From the NCBI GenBank assembly GCA_964634755.1, contig CAZWJH010000003.1, positions 2,328-66,327 on the forward strand: a stretch of 64,000 nucleotides of DNA. The letters run 5' to 3'. Positions 25,995 through 35,585 of the stretch are shown one piece after another. Each line of letters opens with the position of its first letter. Position 1 is the stretch's first letter. The stretch is from an uncultured Clostridia bacterium. Lineage in GTDB: Bacteria; Acidobacteriota; Aminicenantia; JAMOAD01. The notes below the pieces were generated by a model. The model saw only the letters and a program-made list of their open reading frames with translations. It ran no database searches and had not been told where the DNA came from. Made by a program: the position numbers and the translations under genes.

Positions 25995-26057
25995 AAACAT
26001 TATGTTTCATTTGTTGCATAATGTTGCATTTTACTTAAATCCAGTTTAAAATAAAAC

Positions 26058-27338
26058 ATGAAGCAAAATGATTATTCAGATATTTTAGACCACCTTTTTG
26101 AAGGAGTCTTAATAATTGATAATGAATTCAAAATCAAAGAAATAAACAAAGCTGCTTCACAGATAACAGGATTCGAAAAAGAGGAAGCAAAAGGCAAATT
26201 TTGCTTTGAAATACTCAAAGCAGATGCCTGCACAAAGAATTGCCCTATTAAAGCATTAAAAGATGGAAAAGAGCAAAGAGAAATAATAGTAAACATAATA
26301 AATAAAAAAAATGAAGAAAAATATATAAAAGTAAAAGCTTTCCCGTTTGGAGATAATTGGATTGAAATTTTTCAGGATATAACAAGAGAGTACGAACTTG
26401 AAAGAAGGATAAAAAAAGGTTTTAAATTAGAAGATATAATCACAAGAGACAAAAACCTTCTAAATATTTTAAGTGCATTGCCCAAAATTGCAAAAAGTAA
26501 TGTTCCGGTGTTGATAGAAGGAGAAAGTGGTGTTGGGAAAGAGGTTTTCGCTACTGCAATTAAAAACTTAAGTGATAGAAAGGGTAAACCTTTTGTAAAG
26601 ATAAATTGTGCAGCGCTTCCCGATACCCTTCTTGAATCAGAGCTTTTCGGATACAAAAAAGGAGCCTTTACGGATGCTAAAAAGGATAAACCCGGACTTT
26701 TTGTTCAAGCTAACAAAGGAACTATTTTTTTGGATGAAGTTGGAGAAATGAGTCAAAATATTCAAGCCAAACTATTAAGAGTTGTTGAAACAGGAGAAAT
26801 AATTCCACTCGGAAGTACAAAAGCGGAAAAAGTTGATGTTAGAGTAATTTCCGCAACAAACAAAAATCTTGCAGAGGAAGTTAAAAAAGGCAACTTTAGA
26901 GAAGATCTTTTTTATAGGCTTAATGTAGTTAATGTTAAAATCCCGCCACTGCGAGAAAGAAAAAGTGACATACCTCTCTTTATTGATTACTTCATCTATA
27001 GATTAAATATTGTACATAATAAAAAAATAGAGGGAATTTCAAAAGATGCTCTTAATCTTCTACTTTCTTATAATTATCCTGGCAATATAAGAGAGCTGAG
27101 GAATATTCTTGAGTATGCTTATATTTTTTGTGAAAAAGGTGAAATAAAAATAGCTCATCTTCCCGAATATATTAAAATAAAAAGCGGGGGAAAAGAGCTG
27201 AACCAAAACACTAAAGAAAAAGAAAGGATTCTTAAGATTTTGGAAGAAGTAAAGTGGAACAAAAAGTTAGCCGCCCAAAAACTCGGAATAAATAGAACAA
27301 CTCTTTGGAGGAAAATGAAAAAACTTGGAATTTCTTAA
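26058..27338 (+). CDS. sigma-54-dependent transcriptional activator (PAS sensor - AAA+ sigma-54 interaction - Fis-type HTH)
   Basis: N-terminal PAS-like region. Walker A VLIEGESGVGKE. ESELFGY (GAFTGA-like loop GAFTDA). Walker B FLDEVGE. C-terminal HTH (NKKLAAQKLGINRTTLWRKMKK). Confidence 0.8.
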   Translation: MKQNDYSDILDHLFEGVLIIDNEFKIKEINKAASQITGFEKEEAKGKFCFEILKADACTKNCPIKALKDGKEQREIIVNIINKKNEEKYIKVKAFPFGDNWIEIFQDITREYELERRIKKGFKLEDIITRDKNLLNILSALPKIAKSNVPVLIEGESGVGKEVFATAIKNLSDRKGKPFVKINCAALPDTLLESELFGYKKGAFTDAKKDKPGLFVQANKGTIFLDEVGEMSQNIQAKLLRVVETGEIIPLGSTKAEKVDVRVISATNKNLAEEVKKGNFREDLFYRLNVVNVKIPPLRERKSDIPLFIDYFIYRLNIVHNKKIEGISKDALNLLLSYNYPGNIRELRNILEYAYIFCEKGEIKIAHLPEYIKIKSGGKELNQNTKEKERILKILEEVKWNKKLAAQKLGINRTTLWRKMKKLGIS

Positions 27339-27339
27339 A

Positions 27340-28543
27340 TTAAATAACAACATTATCAACTTTGTTTCTTCCTGTTTTTTTTGCTTTATAAAGGGCATCA
27401 TCCGCTGCTTTAACCAAAATCTCACAATTAATTTCTTTTTCAGGAACCATAGTTGCCACACCAAGGCTTATTGTTAAAATATTTCCAATATCGGAGAGTG
27501 GGTGCTTTATTTTAAGTTTTATAATCTCTTTTCTCATCTTTTCAGCGATTTCAAATGCGACTTTATTCTCTGTATTTGTTAGAACAATTATAAACTCTTC
27601 TCCACCAAATCTTGCAACAAGATCCCCCGCTCTTCTTGAAAAACTTTTTAATTTTTCTGCAACCTTAGAAAGAATTTTGTCGCCTTTCTGATGTCCAAGG
27701 TAATCATTATATTTTTTTAAAATAATCTATATCAACCATTATTACAGAAATTGGCTCTCCTTTCCTCATAGCCCTTTTCCATTCTCTTTCTAAAAAATCT
27801 TCAAGATATCTCCTATTTGCAATTTTTGTCAAAGAATCGGTCCATGCTAACTCTTTTAATTTTTCGTTAGTACTTTTAAGTTCCTTTCTTTCTATCGCCA
27901 CAAGAGAAGAAAGAAGAAACACTCTTCTCTGATTTTTTCTATACCAAAAGCTTGAAATCATTCCAATAAAATTAAAAAAAAGACATTACTAATAAGAAAA
28001 CTTTTTTCAGGAGTAGATATAAAAAAGAGCTTAAAAAATATGCTCCTATTAGGATACTCCCAATTATTAGAGTGTACCTAAAGCGAATACCAACAGCTAC
28101 ATATGAATATAATAAAACAACAGTAAGCCCTGCATAGTATCCATGGGTGGGATCCTTAACAAGACAAATCATAAGAATTATCATTAATCCTGCTACAATT
28201 AAAGCAACACTAAAAAGAAGCTGCATTTGGATTTCCTTTTTAGCTTTTAATAAAAGAAAACCAGCCAGCACAATTGGAGGGCCCCTTAAAACATAACGGA
28301 TAAAAAATAATTTTCCAAAGAAATCCGGATAAATAAAGTAATCCAAAAGGCCAAAGATAAAATATATAAGAATTCCAAGAGAATTGAAAATCTCATAGAT
28401 TCCCTAATTCTAATAAAAAGAAATTCTTTAAATTTCTGTTCAACTTCTTTTGAAAATTTAAGAGAAAAAAAGCCTTTTTTTAGTTCTTCCTCTATTTTTT
28501 CTTTATCATAATAGTAATAATCAGAATTGTTGTTCTTATCCAT
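27340..28543 (-). pseudogene. GGDEF-domain diguanylate cyclase with N-terminal membrane sensor region, interrupted by at least three frameshifts
   Basis: Four consecutive minus-strand ORF fragments (28543-28286, 28346-27972, 27961-27707, 27537-27340) together encode cytoplasmic N-term, TM region, DSLTKIANRR...DIDYFK and, in another frame, YNDYLGHQKGD...RFGGEEFIIV (GGEEF motif)...ADDALYKAKKTGRN. Frame changes coincide with A8 (27973-27980) and T7 (27712-27718) homopolymers. Confidence 0.5.
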
Positions 28544-28629
28544 TTCATACTCTTTTTAACATTAAAGTCATTATAAATTATTTAAAAGAGTAAAACAAGG
28601 GGATTTTCTCATTCCTTTAGTCGATAATA

Positions 28630-29556
28630 TTATAAAACACTTACAAAAATTCCCAAAATGAACAATATTCCATAAGTAAGATGATACTGTGAGGTATACA
28701 TATCAATAAATGCAAACTTTTCAGGCGGAATTTCATTTTTTTTCTGCATCATTTTAATAAGTCTTATTCCCAACGGAAGTGAAAGAACTGAAAGTAAAGT
28801 ATAATAAGGAAGAGAAGCAAAGATAATTAAAAGTAATTGTACAAAATATGCCCCACCAATTAAAAAATAGTACATTCCCTTTGCCTTATCTTCCCCAATA
28901 ACAATTGGGATAGTCTTTATATTAACTTTTTTGTCATTTTCTATATCTCTAATATTATTTCCATGAAGGACAGCATCAACCAATAACCCGAGAGGAATTG
29001 AAAAGATTATGGGCCACCAAGAAAATTTTTGAGTCTGCACAAAGTAAGCCCCTAATGTCATAAGAGGCCCGAAAGCCATAAAAACAGCAAAGTCTCCCAA
29101 AGCTCTGTATTTTAAAGCAAAGGGATCAGCCGTATAAAACATCCCAAAAACAAATCCTAATAAAACAATGATTAAGAACACAATTTTGTTCTCTAATGTT
29201 AAAAAAAAGTACAAAGCAAGAAAAAATCCTACTAAAAAAAGAATTATAGCAAAAAAATAAGCCTCTTTAGGTGTAAGTAATTTTTCTACCAAAACACCGC
29301 TTGAGCCAAAAGTCCCCTCTCTATCAACTTTTGCCTTATAATCATAATAATCTGAAATCACATTTGAAGCAGCGTGAATAATCATCGCACCAACCAAAGC
29401 TAATATAAAATTTATAAAATTGAAATGTAAAGCGCTATTTTCCCACTTTGCAATTACACTCCCAAGTAAGATTTGAACCATCGTTATTGTAAAAGAATAT
29501 GATCTTACGGCTCTCCAAAAAACTTTCCATCTTTTCACTTTTATCTCCTCTCTCAA
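28630..29556 (-). CDS. UbiA-family prenyltransferase, MenA-like (1,4-dihydroxy-2-naphthoate polyprenyltransferase-like)
   Basis: SDYYDYKAKVDRE resembles the MenA NDYFDYKKGVD motif. 8-9 TM helices. 308 aa. Confidence 0.55.
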   Translation of the reverse strand: MREEIKVKRWKVFWRAVRSYSFTITMVQILLGSVIAKWENSALHFNFINFILALVGAMIIHAASNVISDYYDYKAKVDREGTFGSSGVLVEKLLTPKEAYFFAIILFLVGFFLALYFFLTLENKIVFLIIVLLGFVFGMFYTADPFALKYRALGDFAVFMAFGPLMTLGAYFVQTQKFSWWPIIFSIPLGLLVDAVLHGNNIRDIENDKKVNIKTIPIVIGEDKAKGMYYFLIGGAYFVQLLLIIFASLPYYTLLSVLSLPLGIRLIKMMQKKNEIPPEKFAFIDMYTSQYHLTYGILFILGIFVSVL

Positions 29557-29603
29557 TTTAAAGGATTATTTTAAAATAATTTAGCTTCATTTTTCAAATT
29601 TTT

Positions 29604-30350
29604 TTAATCATAAATCTCAGGATATTTCGCTTCAATCAAGAACAAACCCTGAGGAGGGGATGTTGGCCCAGCTTTACTCCTATCCTTTGATTCAATTATT
29701 TCATTAATCTCTTCAACTTTAATTTTTCCATTACCGACTTCAATTAAAGTTCCAACAAGAGTTCTTACCATATATCTTAGAAAGCCGTTACCCGTAAAAT
29801 ATATATCTGTAAGCTCTCCTTTTCGTTCAAATCTTATCTCTTTTAAATTCTTAACATGATTTTTGGCGGATGATTTCACAGTAAAAGCTGAAAAATCTCT
29901 CTCACCTTTTAACTTTTCAGCAGCCTGTTCCATCTTTTCAAAATCTAACTTATAAGGATAGTGAAGTGCATACCTGTATAAGAATGGAGATATTATTCTT
30001 CCTTGATAAATAGTGTATCTATATGTTTTTTCAATACAATTAAACATCGCATTGAAACTATCAGAAACTATTTCTGATTCAATAATTCTTATAGTGGGCG
30101 GTAGAAGAGAATTAAGAGCTTTAAGCATAGATTCCGCTTCTATATTTAACTTTGTAACAAAATTCGCCACCTGCCCAAGAGCATGAACACCTGCATCAGT
30201 TCTTCCGGAACCGGTCACTCTTACTTTGCTCCCCGTAATTATCTTCAAAACTCTTGAAATTTCCCCCTGAATAGTAATCCTGTCTTTTTGAATCTGCCAT
30301 CCGTGAAAATCCGTTCCATCATACTGAATCTTTATCTTATAATTGGGCAT
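29604..30350 (-). CDS. truA: tRNA pseudouridine(38-40) synthase
   Basis: KIKIQYDGTDFHGWQIQ N-terminus and catalytic GSGRTDAGVHALGQVANF motif. 248 aa. Confidence 0.8.
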   Translation of the reverse strand: MPNYKIKIQYDGTDFHGWQIQKDRITIQGEISRVLKIITGSKVRVTGSGRTDAGVHALGQVANFVTKLNIEAESMLKALNSLLPPTIRIIESEIVSDSFNAMFNCIEKTYRYTIYQGRIISPFLYRYALHYPYKLDFEKMEQAAEKLKGERDFSAFTVKSSAKNHVKNLKEIRFERKGELTDIYFTGNGFLRYMVRTLVGTLIEVGNGKIKVEEINEIIESKDRSKAGPTSPPQGLFLIEAKYPEIYD

Positions 30351-30798
30351 TTAAATAATTTTCTATTTCTTTTATTAGCTCTTCTAAATCTCCTACTTTT
30401 TTAACACCCTCAATATTCCACGAACATAGAGAAAAAACCATTTTATTCATTATTTTAGCATAGGAGACTTCTGATAATGTTCCATAACTTCCATCAATTG
30501 CCACTATTACATCACCATTCATTACTACTAAGGCATTTCTCATCCATCCAAGCCCTGTTGCCACTGAAAATGTCAAGTGTTGATTACCGGAGTGAAAATC
30601 TTCAGAGGGCAAAATACCAATAACTTCACCACCTGCTTCACTAACTCCTTTTGAAACAGCTTCCATTACACCTCCAAGGCCACCGCAAACTATTTGCCAA
30701 CCCTTTTTAGCTGCCTTTTTCCCAAATTGATATGCCAATTCATAACATTCTTCGGATGGTGCATGTCCGCCAATTACAGAAATTCTTATCTTCCTCAT
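30337..30798 (-). CDS. LOG / TIGR00725-family Rossmann-fold protein (lysine-decarboxylase-like, COG1611-type)
   Basis: RISVIGG...CGGLGGVMEAV...PSE pattern of this family. 153 aa. Confidence 0.45.
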   Translation of the reverse strand: MRKIRISVIGGHAPSEECYELAYQFGKKAAKKGWQIVCGGLGGVMEAVSKGVSEAGGEVIGILPSEDFHSGNQHLTFSVATGLGWMRNALVVMNGDVIVAIDGSYGTLSEVSYAKIMNKMVFSLCSWNIEGVKKVGDLEELIKEIENYLNAQL

Positions 30799-31259
30799 AT
30801 AATTCTCCTGGCCATTTTAAATTTTTTCTTCCAATACTTATTTATCTCTTCCACTCTTACTCTCGTATTTCTTTTAGGAGAGTGAATAAAAAGCCCGTTT
30901 CCTATGTAAATACCAGCGTGCCAAAGTTTTCTGTTTATCTTAAAAATTAATATATCACCTTTTTTCAAATTATTGATTTTCTTAATTTTTTTCCCAATTT
31001 TTTTTAGTTTTTTTGTAGTGGATGGAAGATTATATCCATTAACTTTATAAACATAGTAAACTAAACCGCTACAATCAAAGCAAGTTGGCCCTTTACCCCC
31101 AAAACAATAAGGTTTACCTACAAGCGATTTTGCAGTTTGGACAACACTATTTCTCACCTTGGGAATCAATTCCAATTCACTTCTTCTGATACAAGATGAA
31201 ATAAAGAAAGAAATAACTAAAATTGTGAGGACACTAATATAAGTCTTTTTTATTCTCAT
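30795..31259 (-). CDS. NlpC/P60 (C40) family cell-wall peptidase, lipoprotein/secreted
   Basis: Signal peptide with Cys. CFDCSGLVYYVY catalytic Cys box and H.GIYIGNGLFIHS His box. Confidence 0.7.
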   Translation of the reverse strand: MRIKKTYISVLTILVISFFISSCIRRSELELIPKVRNSVVQTAKSLVGKPYCFGGKGPTCFDCSGLVYYVYKVNGYNLPSTTKKLKKIGKKIKKINNLKKGDILIFKINRKLWHAGIYIGNGLFIHSPKRNTRVRVEEINKYWKKKFKMARRII

Positions 31260-32269
31260 CCGAATTTTCTTGAAATCAAGATTTTTGCTTTTTTTCTTAC
31301 AGGATTCGGGACATCCCTGTCTTTTTGAATCTGCTTTAAATCTCTAACAATAAGCTTATCAAGATAATTTAAAGAAAAACTTACAGGAGTCTTAGGATTT
31401 TTTATTAAGGAAAGTGCAACAGAATATTTTGATGTCCACTGTTTATTAAAACTTATCTTCCTTATAACATCATCAGGAAGATTCTTCATTCGTGCAAAGC
31501 TTTCCACCTCTGTATCCGTCAATTTAGGGCTTTGGAGAACGGCTTCCCTTACTAAACGATTTGAATCATTTATTAAAATCTTTCTCACTTCTTTATTCCC
31601 AAATAAAGCAAGTTTAATTTTATCCGCTACTGTCATCTTTTTTATCTGATTAAGATTGAGTACCTGTATCTCTTCTCCCTCTCCCATATCTATTTCAACT
31701 TCTATTGTTATATCCTCTTCTTCCTTAGCTTCTTCTTCTACCTTCTCAACTTCTTCTTCCACTGTTTCCTCTTCGTACCCCTCTATAAATCTCTTTTTCA
31801 TTTCAACAAGTCTAAATCTTTTATCTCTTGAAAGGTGAGGATTTACAACTAAAACATCAATAATCTCAGGGTGAGCAAGCAATTTAATATCCTTTAATGA
31901 CAAAAGTTCAAGTAATTCCTGATCATTAGACTTAGCAATTTCAACAAGAACCTGTGGAGGAATAGAAAAATTATTAATCATCTCTATATATGTACTTCTA
32001 TCCAATTTATGCTTGAAATTTTTAAACAAAAATAAAGCTACTTCAGGGATTAAATCTTTATCTATGAAATAGGCTTTTATTGATTCAGGATCAAGCTTTT
32101 CAAGTTCCTTATATGCTTTATCCTTAAAATAACTGTCCCGCGTTAAATAACTCAAAGCTTCTATAAATTCTTTCTTAGGAAGAGGTAGTGTTCTGTCTAA
32201 AATAAATTCCTTTATCGTTGAATCAAGATTATCTCTTTTTAAATTTTCAACAACTTCTTTAGCATTCAT
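31256..32269 (-). CDS. hypothetical protein (337 aa) with central poly-acidic stretch (EETVEEEVEKVEEEAKEEED)
   Basis: ORF in operon with the RodZ-like and NlpC/P60 genes. Helical repeat character. No domain recognised. Confidence 0.4.
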   Translation of the reverse strand: MNAKEVVENLKRDNLDSTIKEFILDRTLPLPKKEFIEALSYLTRDSYFKDKAYKELEKLDPESIKAYFIDKDLIPEVALFLFKNFKHKLDRSTYIEMINNFSIPPQVLVEIAKSNDQELLELLSLKDIKLLAHPEIIDVLVVNPHLSRDKRFRLVEMKKRFIEGYEEETVEEEVEKVEEEAKEEEDITIEVEIDMGEGEEIQVLNLNQIKKMTVADKIKLALFGNKEVRKILINDSNRLVREAVLQSPKLTDTEVESFARMKNLPDDVIRKISFNKQWTSKYSVALSLIKNPKTPVSFSLNYLDKLIVRDLKQIQKDRDVPNPVRKKAKILISRKFG

Positions 32270-32274
32270 TTATC

Positions 32275-33072
32275 TTAAAAATCCTTATAGCTTAATATTA
32301 AAGTCTTCGGAATACCCTCTTTATATTCAAACTGATATATTTTCCCGTTTACAAAAATCTCAGCAGCTCCGGGATTTCCAAGTTTTATACTAAAGACTTT
32401 TCCCTTAGCTTTAAAACCATTTCCAGCTAAAAAAAGCGAAGATACAATAATCTTATTTCCACTGCGAATTTCTGTCCAGCAATCATCTTTAAAGATTAAT
32501 TTAAGCGCAAGCTCGTCTTTATTGACCTTTACCTCTTCAGAAAAATCCCTTTTCTTATTATTGTTTATTACTTTTTTTATTGGTTCGGATTTTGTTCTCA
32601 TAATTTCTTTATTTATTGCTTTCTTTACCCCTTTTTGTGTTTTTCCTTTCATTTGAGTAATTTTTTTTATATTTTCAACTTTAGCAACAGAAAAATCAGA
32701 AGGAATAAATAGCCATATTAATAACAACAAAATTAATATTGCTAAAAACACAAAAATAACTTTTTTTGACAAAAAGTTAAAACTATACTCTTTATCAATG
32801 GTCAATATTTTTTCTTTCTTTTCTCCATCTTTTTTGTAAATGTTTTCATATATTCTAATAATCTCTTCTTCATCAAGTTTAAGAAATTTTGCATATGTTC
32901 TTAAAATTCCTCTGTTAAAGAAACCGCCGGGTAAATCTTCAAAATTATCACTTTCTATTGCTAAAATGATACTTTTAGAAAGCTTAGTAACATCACAAAC
33001 ATTCTTTATAGAAATCTTTTTTTCTTCTCTTTTTTGCCTGAAAATTTCTCCAAGAGAGTTCTTTTCATTCAT
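32275..33072 (-). CDS. RodZ-like cytoskeletal protein (N-terminal XRE-type HTH, one TM, C-terminal DUF4115-like domain)
   Basis: HTH SLGEIFRQKREEKKISIKNVCDVTKLS, FFNRGILRTYAKFL, single TM. C-terminal beta-rich domain with the LGNPGAAEIFVNGK pattern seen in RodZ C-termini. Confidence 0.5.
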   Translation of the reverse strand: MNEKNSLGEIFRQKREEKKISIKNVCDVTKLSKSIILAIESDNFEDLPGGFFNRGILRTYAKFLKLDEEEIIRIYENIYKKDGEKKEKILTIDKEYSFNFLSKKVIFVFLAILILLLLIWLFIPSDFSVAKVENIKKITQMKGKTQKGVKKAINKEIMRTKSEPIKKVINNNKKRDFSEEVKVNKDELALKLIFKDDCWTEIRSGNKIIVSSLFLAGNGFKAKGKVFSIKLGNPGAAEIFVNGKIYQFEYKEGIPKTLILSYKDF

Positions 33073-33199
33073 TTTTTTATTTTATCAGAATTTTCCGTAA
33101 AAATATATATTTATTTTACAATATCTCATACAAAATAAACTTTTTCCCGTATTAAAAATACTATCAAATATTTGATATAATACTTCGCAAGGTGAAAAT

Positions 33200-34420
33200 A
33201 TGCTGTTAGAGATTTTAAAACTTTTACTCCCAATTGTTATGTTAATGGTGCTTCTTTACTTTAAATTGGAGCTCTTTTTAGCAATTCTTATAGGTGGAGT
33301 TTCACTGGCTTTACTCTTTGGATTATCTCCTATTGAAATAATAAAGCTTTCCTATCAGGCCGCTATTTCAAAAGATACTCTTCAGCTTTTAACAATAATA
33401 ATGATGGTCTTGATATTGGGACAGATTTTAAAAGCAAAAGAATCTTTAAAAATATTCGTTGAAGCGACCGAAGGACTTTTAAAGAGAAAATTCTTAATTA
33501 TTTCAGTATCACCCGCTTTAATAGGTCTTTTACCAATGCCAGGAGGGGCTCTAGTTTCCGCTCCCATTCTTAATGAAACCTTAAAAGATGATAATATTTC
33601 CCCATCTTTGAAAACATATATAAATTTTTGGTTCAGGCATATATGGGAATACATATGGCCACTTTATCCTGGACTAATTTTGTGTGCAGGAATTTTCAAG
33701 GTTGATTTTGTACTTTTATTCAAGCATCAATTTTATTTTACAATAATAGCAATCACCATAGGTATGTTATTTATGAAACTATACTTGCCTCAATTAAAAG
33801 ATAATAAAATAAAAAACAGATCAATAAAGGAAAATCTTTTTAACTTTTTTTACGGATTATGGGAAATTCTTTTAATTATAGCCATTGTATTAATATTTAA
33901 AATTAAAGTCTATCTTTCGGTTTTAATTGTCGTGATGTTCTCATTTATTATCTTGAAAAAGAGTTTACCGGAAAAATGGAAAATTTTAAAAAAAGCATTC
34001 AAACCTTCCATTCTTCTTACAATTATTGCTGTTATGATATTTAAAAACTACATACTTCACTCTCAGATAATAGATCTTACAAAAGAGCTAATATTAGGAG
34101 CAAAAGGATTAAAATATTTGATAATGTTTTTTGTTCCTTTTATAATAGGATTTCTTACAGGAGTTAATTCAGCTTTTGCAGGAATATCATTCCCTCTTTT
34201 TGTTTCAATTGTTGGGACCACAAATCCAGACATGTGGAAAATTATGTTTTTGTATGTTAGTGGATTTACAGGGGTTCTATTATCACCTGTGCATTTTTGC
34301 CTCGTTCTCAGCGCAGAGTATTATGAAGCAAAACTTAAAGATGTTTATAAATACCTTCTTCCTTCGGTTCTTATATTAATAGTATCTCTTTTTCTATTAA
34401 TGTTTATTGTAGGAGGATAA
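33200..34420 (+). CDS. polytopic membrane permease (DUF401-like, about 11 TM)
   Basis: 406-aa hydrophobic ORF. Family assignment is tentative. Confidence 0.35.
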   Translation: MLLEILKLLLPIVMLMVLLYFKLELFLAILIGGVSLALLFGLSPIEIIKLSYQAAISKDTLQLLTIIMMVLILGQILKAKESLKIFVEATEGLLKRKFLIISVSPALIGLLPMPGGALVSAPILNETLKDDNISPSLKTYINFWFRHIWEYIWPLYPGLILCAGIFKVDFVLLFKHQFYFTIIAITIGMLFMKLYLPQLKDNKIKNRSIKENLFNFFYGLWEILLIIAIVLIFKIKVYLSVLIVVMFSFIILKKSLPEKWKILKKAFKPSILLTIIAVMIFKNYILHSQIIDLTKELILGAKGLKYLIMFFVPFIIGFLTGVNSAFAGISFPLFVSIVGTTNPDMWKIMFLYVSGFTGVLLSPVHFCLVLSAEYYEAKLKDVYKYLLPSVLILIVSLFLLMFIVGG

Positions 34421-34421
34421 A

Positions 34422-35585
34422 TTGACAGAAAAAGTTTATCACAAAGATTCTTACCTAAAAGAGATAAAAGCAAAAGTTATTGAAAAAGAGAAAGCGGGCA
34501 GTCTATGGAAAATCCTACCTGATAAAACAATAGTGTATCCGGAAGGAGGAGGACAACCTTCAGATATCGGTTTCATTAATGGAATCAAAATAATCAAAAC
34601 AGAGGTCGAGGAAAATAAAATTTTTTACTATATTGACAAAGAGATATCAATAGATGAGATAACAATCACAATTGACTTTGAAAAAAGATACGATCATATG
34701 CAGCAACATACTGGACAGCATCTTTTATCAGAAGTGCTGATAAAGCTCTATGGATATGAAACTCTTTCTTTTTCAATTGGTGATAAGCATTCTTCAATAG
34801 AAATAAATACAAAAAGTTTTCCTTTTGAGAAAATAGTTGAGACTGAAAAAGAATGTCTTGATCTAATAATCAAAAATCTTTCGATAAAGGCCTATGAAAC
34901 CGAAGATATTTCAAATATTCCACTAAGAAAACCGCCAAAAGTAAAAGGAAAAATAAGAGTAGTTGAAATAGATGGATTTGATTATTCGGCATGTGGGGGA
35001 ACTCATGTTAGAAGTACTGGAGAAATTTCTCTTATAAAAATAATTAAAACTGACAAAGTAAGATCAAATATGAGATTATACTATGTGGCAGGATACAGAG
35101 CCTTAAAGGATTATCAGAAAAAAAATGAGATAATATTAAATCTTCAGAGAGAAACAGGAAGGCCCCAAGAAGAACTTACCGAGGCTTTTAAAGATATAAA
35201 GGGTAAGTTTGAGAATATGAGAAAGAAACTCAATTTCTATAAGAAAAAAGAGATTGAAGACGAGATAGAAAATATTTTAAAATCATCAGAAGAATTTATT
35301 TTCAAAATATTTGAAGATGAAGAAATAAAAGACATAAAGTTTATGGCAAAAAAATTGGTGAACAATGGGAAAAATGTGCTTTTCCTCACAAAAGAGCCAT
35401 CAAAATACATTTTGATTGGGAGAGGAAAAGGTAGACTAAACCTTAGAGAAATAAGCTCTGAAATATTCTCAATAGTCAAAGGAAGAGGTGGCGGAAGAGA
35501 GGATTGGATTGAGGGTAAGATAGAGAATTTTTCAGGAATAGAAGAGTTAAAAGCCTTTCTATCAGACTCTTTTGAAAAGGCTTGA
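34422..35585 (+). CDS. alaX: alanyl-tRNA editing protein AlaX (AlaRS editing-domain homolog, AlaX-M size class)
   Basis: Zinc-binding HTGQHLLS (HxxxH) and CGGTH motifs of the AlaRS editing domain, with an N-terminal tRNA-binding-like region. 387 aa. Confidence 0.65.
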   Translation: MTEKVYHKDSYLKEIKAKVIEKEKAGSLWKILPDKTIVYPEGGGQPSDIGFINGIKIIKTEVEENKIFYYIDKEISIDEITITIDFEKRYDHMQQHTGQHLLSEVLIKLYGYETLSFSIGDKHSSIEINTKSFPFEKIVETEKECLDLIIKNLSIKAYETEDISNIPLRKPPKVKGKIRVVEIDGFDYSACGGTHVRSTGEISLIKIIKTDKVRSNMRLYYVAGYRALKDYQKKNEIILNLQRETGRPQEELTEAFKDIKGKFENMRKKLNFYKKKEIEDEIENILKSSEEFIFKIFEDEEIKDIKFMAKKLVNNGKNVLFLTKEPSKYILIGRGKGRLNLREISSEIFSIVKGRGGGREDWIEGKIENFSGIEELKAFLSDSFEKA

